From Cyanophora paradoxa CCMP329 (lineage: Eukaryota > Plantae > Glaucophyta): a stretch of DNA of 64,000 nucleotides. Positions within the stretch are counted from its first letter, which is position 1. The number at the start of each line of letters is the position of its first letter. A model generated the notes under the pieces. It was not told the DNA's origin. It saw only the letters and a program-made list of their open reading frames with translations, and searched no databases. Shown here piece by piece: positions 47,301-59,300 of the stretch. Where the stretch lies: positions 1 through 64,000 of the forward strand of contig QPMI01000121.1 in assembly GCA_004431415.1 (NCBI GenBank), written 5' to 3'. The position numbers were made by a program, and so were the translations under genes.

Positions 47301-50300
47301 GAATCGCCCACCGACGTCTACTTCTCCGGCAAGCTCTGCTTGGATTGCATATCGCACATAGAATGACTTGGCGCCAGGATTCCGTATCCACTCCGCGGCG
47401 CTGACGGATGGGCAAGTCATGGAAGCATATCTGGGCTTGCAGCCCGCCGCGCCCGTCGCGTTGCACTACAAACTAGACAGCTGTGGGAGCACGGTGAGCC
47501 TGCGTGCGGGCCACCGGAAGCATTTCAAGTCGTCGGCTTAGTTCCCTGCGCAGCTCGAAGGCGCCTTTTCCGGCTTGGACGTGCCCGACTCGAGCGGCTG
47601 GGGCCGCTCCGGGAGATTCTTCGGCGACATTGCTATGGCCTGCCCCCCTCCGGCCACAGGTCTTCTTTAATTTGGATATCGTGCGCGCCTGTCTTGCTTC
47701 TCTCACTCCGATCTGCTGCCAGGGGTGTATTTCGGAAACTCTGGAGGGGCCTATGCCGCGCGGTTCGTTGAAATGAGCGACTTTTTCGCCAGCAAAACTC
47801 TGGTGTATCCGCTCACTGTTGAAGTGAGCCATTGAAATGGATTCGCTGACATTGCTACCAGTTCTCTGACGCTTTGCAGTCTTGGATCTATCCGCACTCC
47901 ATGCCGAAATGGGCGGCTCGTTGGTTTGATATCACACAGCCTACTCCCATGAATGGCATAAATCCGCACGATTCACTGGTAAGCTGGCTTCTCTACTGAT
48001 CCAAGGCCTCTTTGCACTCTTGCCAAAATGTGGTGTTGCGGCAGTACTGGTATAAATGCCCGTGCGACGATGCAATCTGCGGGTGCCTGGGCGGCCAAGG
48101 CGGATATGCACTGCTCCAGAACACCGTGAAAGGCGGAACGTTTCGCGAGGGTCTCCGTGCCGCTTCGGGGACGTCGTTTGTGCCGGTCAGAACGCCCTGC
48201 TCTCATGATCGCGCTTGCGAAGTCTGAAGCCAGTTCTCGGGCAGCTCCAGCGCTGGACGCATCTCGCCTTCACATTTGGCGCCCCTGACGGCTCAGGGCA
48301 GTCCTTTGCACGGGCGTACAAGAACGGTTTGCTTATAAAAGAAGGATCCGTCGTCAGTCTGGCGTCGATTCCGCGATCCTTGGCGTTTCTTGGGCGGTCT
48401 TTCTATTCGGTGAGGCCATCTGTATCCGGCAATATATATTAATCTGATTGCAATGATTGCATTGAATAAACATGCCTTGAATCCGCGCAGATCGACCCCT
48501 ACCTTACGGATACTACCGTTGGTGGTAAATTGTGCGGCTGCGGCACGCCATCGTGCTCGTCATTCATGCCTTGGCGCAGCTTTCCGCGTGTACGGATCAC
48601 AGCTCTCTGCGAGCCAAGTCAGGCTGGCCTACGCTAGCGCGAGCGCCCCGCTATCGGGGCCCGCGCCTCTTATCGCGGAATACTTGTTCACAGATTGCGC
48701 GGTGCGCGACCTATCATAAATCGGACACTTATTGTTGCGGCGCAAAGGCTCACCGCGCTACAGGCGAACCGAACGGTGCTCACCAGCTCTGGCGAGGGTC
48801 CAGCGGCAAAGATCGTCGGAGACGATGTCAGCATCCCCTGTCCAGTACTCAAGTCGGACAGCCCTCCAGCTCCGCTCGTCCTATCGGCGATTTCCACGGG
48901 CCCGACGACGGTGATCATCACGGCGAACTTTACGGCTGGCGTGGGGATTACAACCCTCGACGCGGCTTGCGACGCGCCGGGCGCTCCGAAGGGGGGCTAC
49001 GCCGGGACCACCTCTGTTTCCGACGCCGACGCGGCCGGCGCCGCCGTGTCTGTAACGGTGGAGCTCGCGTATGGTGGGTCGTACGTCGTTTCCTGCTCCG
49101 TGAGAGCACAGAGCAAAGCTGGTGGGGAGTCTCTACCGTCCGCCGCCGTGAACGTCACCGTGCCTCCGGTGCCCCTCAATATTATATTTGAAGCTGCGGA
49201 GCTGCATATATTTATCGGCGCGCTGACTGCACGCAGGGAAATTCGATTGCGGCGCAAAACGCGCTCATGCCCTCGGGGAACACGGGTGCAAGCAACGCCT
49301 TCTCTCGCGTCGGTGCGCAAAAGATGAAAGCGTTGAGCCCAAATGCCGCTCGCGATCGCGTTTTTGCAGGGAACGCTGTCGACTCGGCGGAAAGCGTCCA
49401 GATCGTGTTCGCCACGCAACTCGCGAACTACCTCGTCGGGCAGAGGCCCGCCTCTCACCGCCTCGGGTTCATCACGCGGACCGCAGAAAAGTTCACGTAC
49501 TGCGACTTCGATCTCGACAGCAACCGCTGCTCCTTCGTTCAGAAACTTGCGAATGTGCGCCCGCGAGATTGCTTCGTTTGTTAGCTCGATTTCATTTCCT
49601 AATGCTTTCGCATCAGCTGCTCGGGGACGCAGAGCCAACCGATTTCGCGTATTCTTCCATGACTCCGGTAATATTGTTTGCAATTCCAGTTACAGTCGTG
49701 TTCAGCGATCTGTTGAATGACACGAGAACATCTGCGGCAGTGGCCGGCCAAGGACTGCGACGCTCGGTTTGTCCCCAGCAACTTGACGGCGTTTCAGGTG
49801 AGCTGCGTATTCTGGCGGACCCGGATGCAAAGTTGCTCATGCGGCAGCAGAGCAACTGGCTGTGGCCGTCCCAAGCCTACCTGAACGCTAGCGACCTCGT
49901 CGGCTCGACTGTCGCGGCCGTCCTGCGCCCTCCCTCCGACTGCGCTGGCTTCGGCTGCTACTCGTATGCCGCACAGCGCTGGGCGTCCTACGCGTTCGGC
50001 GGGTGTGCGCCCGCGCCGTACGGATTCATTCGAAGCTGGCCCGCGGGCCTCTGCACGGGCGCCGGACCCTACGATTTCATGAGAACCGCCGCCGCATGGA
50101 CCCACGACTTCCGCCATTTCTACGCTGCCTACGAGCGGACTTTCTATGAAGCTGTCTCCGGCCTCTCTTCTGCGAGCCCCACTGAAGAGTGCGCTTTGGT
50201 TTTACAATAATCTCACTTTTTATTTTAATTACTAATTTGGTGTACCCTGACTCGGTGCAGGTACAACTGGGCCGGAATGCTCGGGAATCTTGACCTTTTC

Positions 50301-53300
50301 TCGATCTCGGTGAGATATGCATATGCACAGCAGGCTGGCTTTTAACTTCTCAATTGAAGTTACTCTTATCGTTTTAATACGCAGCCCACGGGAAGCAACG
50401 CGAACATTACGGAGCACCGCTCCCGCCATTTCCGCCTGCAACCCGAGCTCTTCGGCTTTGCGTGGGCCACGCCGGGCGCCGAAACTTCAACAGACGTAGC
50501 GTTTGGCAGCCACTTCTTCTACGGCTCGTTCCTTGCTCGCTTTCCCTGTCTTGTGAAAGCTAACAACAGCTGCAGGCGCCACAAACTGTCTCGACTTTTA
50601 CGACGCTGAACCATCCAGCCGTACTTTCGAGGGCAATGAGACAGCGAGCGATGTCAGGCGGGCGTATCCCGACTTGGCATCGTTTGATGCGCTTCTTTTG
50701 CAAGAGCTCCGGGTGATTGCGAAGTCCCCTCTTAATTGTTTTTTGGCCAGTCTAACTCACACCGGTTTCTCAGTATTTCCAGTTCTGGCAGCGCGGGGTA
50801 GCTTTCTTTTCCTCGTTCGCCGCGCTTCGGAACAGTGGCGGGCCCTCTGTTGTACCGCTGCTCAAAGTCTGCTCGCTTCCTCTGGGCGTCGCTCTGCTCA
50901 AGTTCGAGCTGGCTTCGATCGCTCCCGCCGGCTTCACCGCCTCCGCCGAGGCTGTGTACAAGAGCGTCCCGTGCGTAGCCCATTTTCGGTCGAGTCGATC
51001 ATGATTCGGCCCGACGGATGCCCATGACCTGCCTTGTCTTGCCAGGTGGCCGCAGGAGAACGGCGCCTTCTTTGCCGACTCGTTCCCAGTGGGCTCCTCC
51101 GTGCAGGCCATGCACACCGACGGACGCGTCGCCGATGGCGGCCCGATCCTGTACCACGCCATCGTTCGGTGGGAATACATGCAAGATTTCTCATGCGTCT
51201 CGCCTCTCATCGGAATTCATCTGCTCGCAGGATTCCGTTCTTCCCAAACGCATCAGTTGCTGGCGCCTGCCCCGTTCCGCTCGTGTCGAGCATCTGCGGA
51301 ACGCGCACAGTGGCGCATGTGATTGCCATGTTTACGTGGCAAGTCGACCCTTCGCGCTTTGTCAATTCACCTGTCGGCGTGCGGAGCTTCGACCCATCCT
51401 TCCCGGCCCCGTCCACGTACCGCACGGCCGTCTTCACGCACACTGCACCGCGGGTCCTGCGCTCCGAGCAGCTCGCGCTCGCAGACCACTGGATTGTGCG
51501 ATTGCTTTTCCATTTTTCATCGATTAAGCGCACGCACGTGTGGGTCGGTGACTCGACAAGCAGGTCCAGAACGAACGGCCGCTCCACGCCGGATACGGCC
51601 ACGGGTACCTCGAGGGCCGCTGGGTCGACCCGCCCAACTCGAAGTACAGCTTCTGGGTCACCGGCGACCGCGTCACTCGCGTCCGCAAGGCGAACGCCTT
51701 CCAAAGTGGGATGGCCGGCTCGGCGGCGGACATCGATGGCAGCGTTCAGATTTACAAGACCGCGGACTGGCGCGGCACAAGGCGGGAGTGGACCTCGGTA
51801 AATGCGTCGATCGCGATCGGGCCAGTTTATAACTTAATTCTAAACGCTGATTTACGGCGCTACACGTCTCAGGTGGCGGCCGCCGTCTATAAAGATGGCA
51901 ACCTATAGTGCGTGCACATATTTCGCTGGGCATCTGTTGCGAAGCTCTAGATCCAACATCCTCTTGCCGCAGCGTGGTACAAGAGGTTCACACGCAGGCG
52001 AACACGCGTGTCTTCACGCTCGCTTCGGACGGCGAGACGCGCCCGCGATACGTGCACAGCCGCCGAATGAAGCGGGCCGCCGAGCGAGCCCCCGGCTCGC
52101 GGCTCATCCGCCTTGAGAATGTGGACGCCAGTGCTCCGTTCACTTCCGCTACCGTTACAGTGACCGTGATCGTGCCGAACTTCCCGGTTTGCTGTGTTTT
52201 GTCTTCTGTGGGGCAACATGTCAGTGGCAGTTCTCACTCTCGGCTGACGTGAACGGCAGGCGAACATCCTGTACGCAACAGCTATTGACGACTACTCAAG
52301 CGGGCGAATGTTTGAGACCGACCCCAGCATCCCGTTCGCCGAACTTCCTTGGGTAAACGTTCATGCGAGATAGGAAGTTCGTGATTGATTGAAAAGTTGA
52401 TGGCCGATGGGAACTTTGCAGGTTGTCTTCGTAGTGTCCGATCCGGCGTACGTGATCAAACTACACTCGCGCTGCCCTCCTGGGCAACGGTGGAATTGGG
52501 AGGTAAAGGGGCAGAGCCGGCGGCCTGGATGGCACCCGTTGTATCTAAGAGCCCGTTTCTCCGCCAGGCCGCTGTCTTCAACCGCTCTGTCGCCATCAAT
52601 GATCTCTGCATCGATTTGCCTGCTGGTACCTTGCCATGAGACATTTGCGTGCATTTGAGTATGCCCTGCGCAACTCACGGTCTGTCTTCGTAAGGACGTT
52701 ACTCGTCGCGCGAAGGACTTCTGCTCGACGATGACGCCCAGCTGTGCGCTCCTTGTTTCGCGATTCTCATTTCAGACAAGCGAGCTCACTAGGAGTTTCT
52801 TTGTCCAGCTGCCCGAACGGGACGTACAGTGGAGCAGGCGCAACGACGTGCACGATATGCGATGCCGGAACGTATGCAGACACGGGCGCTTTGGCTTGCT
52901 ACGGTGCGCTTCTGAGCCTTGGAGCTCGCAGTCCGTCCAATTGGCGGCGCTAACTAGAATCCGCGCTCGGCAGACTGCCCGCAGCACACGTACTCCATGA
53001 AAGCCGGCGATCCGTGCACCCCATGCGCTGAGAACCTCTTCACCCCCTCCGTGCGTTGGCGCTTCATCTCGAACCGTTCTAATTCGCTTCATCTATGCTA
53101 ATGTGCCAGCAGGCCAAATGGACGTTCCAGTGTGTGCCTTGGTTCGTTTCTTATTTTCCTGGACGTACGCGCGCCATTCTAGATCTGCTGCTGATTGCCC
53201 GCGGTTGTTCAGCTTCCCCGGGACATACCTTCAGAGGGTGCCTCTCGCGTGTGTTTCATGTCCGTTAAACAAGTACAGCATGGGCGGCTCGCTTGATGAA

Positions 53301-56300
53301 TGCTCGAGCTGTGCGTCTCGTCTGTAATGCCTGCACTTCGCGCGCGCGTCTTAGCCCGTCGCAGGTCCGAATGGATGGTACCCCACGCTCGATCTCACCA
53401 ATTGTGCACCTTGGTAAGCCGTCGCGCGACGAGCCATTGCGGCCTCCCAGTCCTCCAACAATCCTGCAGCGTGGCTGGAACGCATCAGCCCGAGGAGCTT
53501 CGGCCGTGCGAGGCGTGCCCCCCGGGGACGTGGGCGGGGCCACAACACTTCGGCCCCTGCATCACATGCCCCCCGGTAGCTGCTGATGGCTCGCTCGCGG
53601 AATTCAACCCGGCTCACTGGTTGGCAGGGGCAAGTCACGACGGACAAGCAGGACGGGTGCACGTGGTGCAGGCCTGGATTCGGGGTCCCGCCGAACGAGA
53701 CCGTCTGTCTCTCTTGCGATGAAGGTGACGATAAGCGCCGCCAAAAGCGTTGCAGGCGAGGGAAGGCTCCGTTCGCGACGTCGCCTTCCGGCAGATTACG
53801 CGTCCCCCGACGGGAAGGGCTGCGAGAAGTGCCGCCCCGGCTACGTCTCGCTATCAGATAGGAAGGTGCTTGATTTCTATTTATATCGCTCTTGTTTTAT
53901 CTTTTCAACATTTACGCAGGCCTGCTTGCCGTGTCGGGGTGGTACGGCGGAGTACGGGCGCTCCGGGGAGTGTCTTCCGTGCGCTCAGAACGAGGTCGCC
54001 CCTTTCGAAGGATCCACGAACTGCACGGCCTGCCCGGACGGCAAGTACGCTTCGGCAGACCAGCGGTTGTGCTTCGACTGCCCAGCTGGTTCGCTCCATT
54101 ATTTTCAAGAACTCGCTTTTAGATTGGAAAATCCGCTATGCAGCCTGACCGGTTCGTCAGGTACATATCGACACGGAACGATGGCGAAGTGCGAGGCGGT
54201 GCCTGGCCAGGCTGTCGCGCTCGTCGGCTCGTCCAACTTCACAAAATGCCAAGCCGGTTTTGTGCCCGACGGCACCAAAGCAACGTGCATGCCGTGCCGA
54301 GGCGGTGAGCGGGCTCGGACGCCCGGTTTCCGCATCCGCTGCGCCTAGCTGTGGCTAACGCCGCGCAGGCTCCTACCAAAGCGGCGAAGACTGCGTCCCG
54401 TGCCCGCTGAACACGGTCGCTTCATCGCCTGGGACGGTCAATTGCACGCCCTGTGCGCCCGGCTACGTTGCTGCGGCCGACCAGCAGTCCTGCGAGCCTT
54501 GCCCGGTGGGGACGTGGCGGGACGAAAGCATGACGGCATGCGCCCCTGTCCCGAAGCGCGCGGCTGCCGTGCAGGGGTCGTCGGCGTACATCGAATGCCC
54601 CGACGGGCACGTCCCGGACGGGACCAAGGCGACTTGCGTCCCGTGCCCTGCAGGCAAGCGAATGCTGGTCTTCTTCGCTCTCTTTCATATACAAGCGTGC
54701 TCATGCGTTCTGCAGGCCTGTACCAACTCGGGGACAGCTGCCTCCAGTGTCCGCTGAACTCCATCGTGAGCAGCTCGGGCGCAGCGGAATGCACGCTATG
54801 CGCACCGGGCTACGCGGCCTCGGCCGATCAGCAGTCCTGCGAGCCGTGCCCATTCGGCACCTACCGCTCGGCAAACCTCTCGCAGTGCACCCCCGTTCCA
54901 GCCCGCGCCGCCGCCAAGCAAGGCTCCGCGGTGTACGAAGTGTGCGGCAACGGAACAGTCCCGTCAGCGATCCGGTCGGACTGTGTGGAATGCCGCGCGG
55001 GGAGCTACCAGCTGGAGGACCAGTGCCTGCCCTGCCCGCCGAACACGATCACGTCCGACCCCGGCAAGGACCAGTGCGAGACGTGCCCCGAGGGCTACGA
55101 GGCCGCGGCGGATAGGCAGACCTGCACACGTGCGCTGCGTCTGCCTGTGCGAGCGATGGTGGCTGGCTGACGAGACGCGTGCGCAGCGTGCTTGGCGGGC
55201 ACCTACAGGCACGCCCCGCTGGTGTCGTGCCAGCGCGTGCCTGTTGGGGCGGCGGCCGTAGCGGCGTCCAGGAACTACACCGTCTGCGCGAGAGGCACGG
55301 TCCCCAGCGACGATCTTGCGACATGTCTTCCATGTCCGCGGGGCACGTACGAGAAGGACTGGCGGTGTCGCGACTGCGTTGGCGCGTGGTTTCGGCTTTC
55401 TAGCTGATTCCGGTCTTCGCTGACACTCCTTATACGAATTTAGGCAATTCGATTGCACCCAATATGACGATGACAAGCTGCATCGACTGGTTTGCATGCT
55501 TGTTCGGTTTGCGTACTGATTCTCACGCACTAAACGTACGCAGCGACCCGGGGATGATTGCTGATGAGACGCGCCAACATTGTAGAGCATGGTACGGTCT
55601 CCTTTGTTTATACTGGTTTTGCACTCATGCACTGTTTGACCGCAGCGAGCCGGGATACTTCCAGCCCGACCGCGCTAGCGGATGCGAGCGCTGCCCTGCC
55701 GCGTTGTTTTCTCAAAGCATGCAATTCGGACAATGTAAAGAATGCCCAGCGGTGCGCAGACGCGCCGAAAAGCGCTGTCTCTCCGCCGTGGCTGACCATC
55801 GATGCAGGGCCAAGTTCCGAACGAGAAGCAAGACGGGTGCATGTGGTGCAGGTAAATACTCGGAGTCTCTTACAAAGCCTTACGCCAATTTACTGAGCCG
55901 CTTTTGCTCTCAGGCCTGGTTATGGCAAGCCGGCCAACGCAAGCATTTGTCTCATTTGCGAGAACGGTTTGTTGTGCTTTGCCCGTCGATTTCGGTATCT
56001 TTTCTCTGATGCGCCGCATATTGTCATTTGAATAATCTTAGACCATGCGTCGCCTGACGGCACTGGCTGCAAAAAGTGCGAGTTGGGCTTCGTGTCGCAA
56101 CCGGATAGGCTGGTGCGAGCCCTTTTTATGAAACCTCTCGAATTTTCGCTGAGACCACGTTCGGCTGACATCCGAGCAGGCGTGTCTTCCATGCCGAGCT
56201 GGAACAGCGGAGTCGAGCAGGTCGGGCGAGTGTGTCCCGTGCGGGCAAAACAAAATCGCTGCATTCGAGGGTTCTTCCACTTGCACGGCTTGCATGGATG

Positions 56301-59300
56301 GCGAATACGCGTCTGCAGATCAGCGTCTGTGCTTCAAATGCCCCGCAGGTGCGAATGTCGCACCCAGCTTTGGATTTCGTTAGCCCCGTCCTTCTTTTCA
56401 CCAACGATGAATGCCCTTCGAAACAGGCACTTATCGCCACGGCTCGATGCCACTCTGCCTTCCGGTGCCTGCTCGGGCAGTGGCTCTTCTGGGCTCTTCG
56501 AACTACACACTCTGCGAACCCGGATTCGTTCCAGACGGCACAAAAGCCTCCTGCCTTGCTTGCCCTGCTGGTGCGCGTGTTGAGTCGTTGTCGCATGATC
56601 GTTGACATTGATCCAGAAGCATCGCGATTTCCAGACCTAAGATGTTTTTTGCACAGGAATGCGGCAGATTGGCGATGGCTGCTTCCTGTGCCCGCTGAAT
56701 ACGGTCGCTTCATCGCCTGGGACTGTCAATTGCACGCCCTGCGCACCCGGCTACATTGCTGCGGCCGACCAGCAGTCCTGCGAGCCGTGCCCGGTGGGGA
56801 CGTGGCGGAACGCAAGCATGACCGTCTGCATTCCCGTCCCAAAGCGCGCCGCCGCCGTGCAGGCGTCGTCGACGTACATCGAATGTCCAGACGGGCACGT
56901 CCCGGACGGGACCAAGGCGACGTGCGTTCCGTGCCCTGCAGGCAAGCAAATGCTGGTCTTTTTCGCTCTCTTTCATATACAGGCACGCTCATGCGCTCTG
57001 CAGGCCTGTACCAACTCGGGGACAGCTGCCTCCAGTGCCCGCTGAACTCCATCGTGAGCAGCTCGGGTGCAGCGGAATGCACGCTATGCGCCCCGGGCTA
57101 CGCGGCCTCGGCCGACCAGCAGTCCTGCGAGCCGTGCCCATTCGGCACCTACCGCTCGGCAAACCTCTCGCAGTGCACCCCCGTTCCAGCCCGCGCCGCC
57201 GCCAAGCAAGGCTCCGCGGTGTACGAAGTGTGTGGCAACGGAACAGTTCCGTCAGCGATCCGGTCGGACTGTGTGGAATGCCGTGCGGGGAGCTACCAGC
57301 TGGAGGACCAGTGCCTGCCCTGCCCGCCGAATACGATCACGTCCGACCCCGGCAAGGATGAGTGCGAGACGTGCCCCGAGGGCTTCGAGGCCGCGGCCGA
57401 CAGGCAGACCTGCACACGTGCGCTGCGTCTGCCTGTGCGAGTGATGGTGGCTGGCTGACGAGACACGTGCGCAGCGTGCTTGGCGGGCACCTACAGGCAC
57501 GCCCCGCTGGTGTCGTGCCAGCGCGTGCCTGTGGGGGCGGCGGCCGTAGCCGCGTCCAGGAACTACACCGTCTGCGCGAGGGGCACGGTCCCGAGCGACG
57601 ACCTTGCGACATGCCTCCCGTGCCCGCGGGGCACGTACGAGAGGGACTGGCGGTGCCGCGACTGCGTTGGAAACACATACGCCCCTCTCCATGGAATGAC
57701 CGCGTGCCAAGATTGGTATGCTGGGCTTCTGTTCGCTTTCGTCTGCAATGCTGAATGCATGCACACAGCGAGCCTGGTTTTGTTGCGGACGAAACGCGCG
57801 AAGTTTGCTCGCCGTGTCCGAGTGGCTCTGCAAGGCCTGCGAGCGCCAGCTCCTGCCACGTGTGCCCCGCCATGTATTTCGCCAACGCACCCGGCCGCGC
57901 CCAATGCGATCTTTGGTCCGCGCCCACGATCCGTTGTCGCGGCGCCCGCCTTTTGCGCCTGAGCCCGTCCTGCAGCCCCCCAGGGACAGAGTCTGCCGAC
58001 AATCGCGTGACCTGCTTGCCGTGTCCCTTGGGTTATGCGGAGGTGAACGGCACGCGGACGTGCCGGTTCTGCGACGAGGGGACAGTCGCGGAGGACCAGG
58101 GCGCGGTCGAGTGCAGATCTTGCGCCCCTGGTGAAATCTCCAACGGCGATCGGTACGCAAAAATCGATGAAGTGTCGAACTTCAGTCTCTGCGTGAAGTC
58201 GGCGTGCTCGCTCGCAGCACGCGCTGCACTCCGTGCCAAGCGGGCACTTTCAAGCCTCGGAACATGAACGTCTGTCTGCCGTGCCGGATCGGGACCTGGG
58301 CGCCCGCGGGATCACAGACGTGCCGGCCATGTGAGCCTGGATCGTACGCGTCCGAAGACTCCAGCGAGTGCATCGCGTGCACTCCAGGCACGTTCATGCC
58401 GGAGGGCTCCCAGGCCTGCCTCAGGGTGCGCGCTCATTCGTATCAGTCTCTCGCCTTCTCGAACAGCGAACCTTTCGCGGTCCAGTGTCCCGAGAACTCC
58501 ATCGCGCCTGATCCTGGGACGGCCTTTGCGTGCACGCCTTGCGATGCCGGGTACACAGCGTCAGCCAACCGCCGCGTTTGCGAGCCCTGCGCTCTGGTGC
58601 TTATCCTATCTTTTGCTCTGGATGCAATTTCCCTCTGTGGATTGATTTACCGCCACCTTTTGCAGGGCTTCTACAGGCCGCTGGACAGCAACAGCACAGG
58701 GTGCATTCCATGTGGGCCAGGAACTGTCTCGCGGTCCGCAGGCACCGGCGAGTGTGAGCAGTGGTGCGTCTGTAATGCAGCCCATGCGCAGTCTACGCCC
58801 TGTACACTATGTACCCCTGTTGACGCTGGGAGACAGTCCACCAGGAAAGGTGCCGCGTGAAGACCGCGCAGACTGCAGGGGTACGGAACCTTGGCTCGCG
58901 CCAGCAGCCTCATCATCGCGTCACGCGCTTATTGCTTATTGCAATCAATGTCTTTTCTGCTGCAGACTGCGCCGCTGGAACGTACCCCGGCGGCGGCGTC
59001 TGCTTGCCGTGTCCGCCTCTAACTACCTCACGTTCCGGAGGTTCGCGGCCCCCTCAAGCATCCCTTCAATTTTTGATCGACCACGCAGATCCGACTTGCA
59101 CCCGCTGCCCTGCCGGGTCGATCTCCGACGATGCCCGCAAAGCGTGCATACCGTGCCCGTCGTCGATGTACCTGCCGCCGAGCAGCGAAGTCTGCCTTCC
59201 GTGCCCCATGAATGCGATTTCGCAAGCCGGGTCCACGGGCTGCACTTGGTGGTACGTTGCATACTTGCTGTGTTTCTCTCCGTTCGGGACTCGCTAACGA

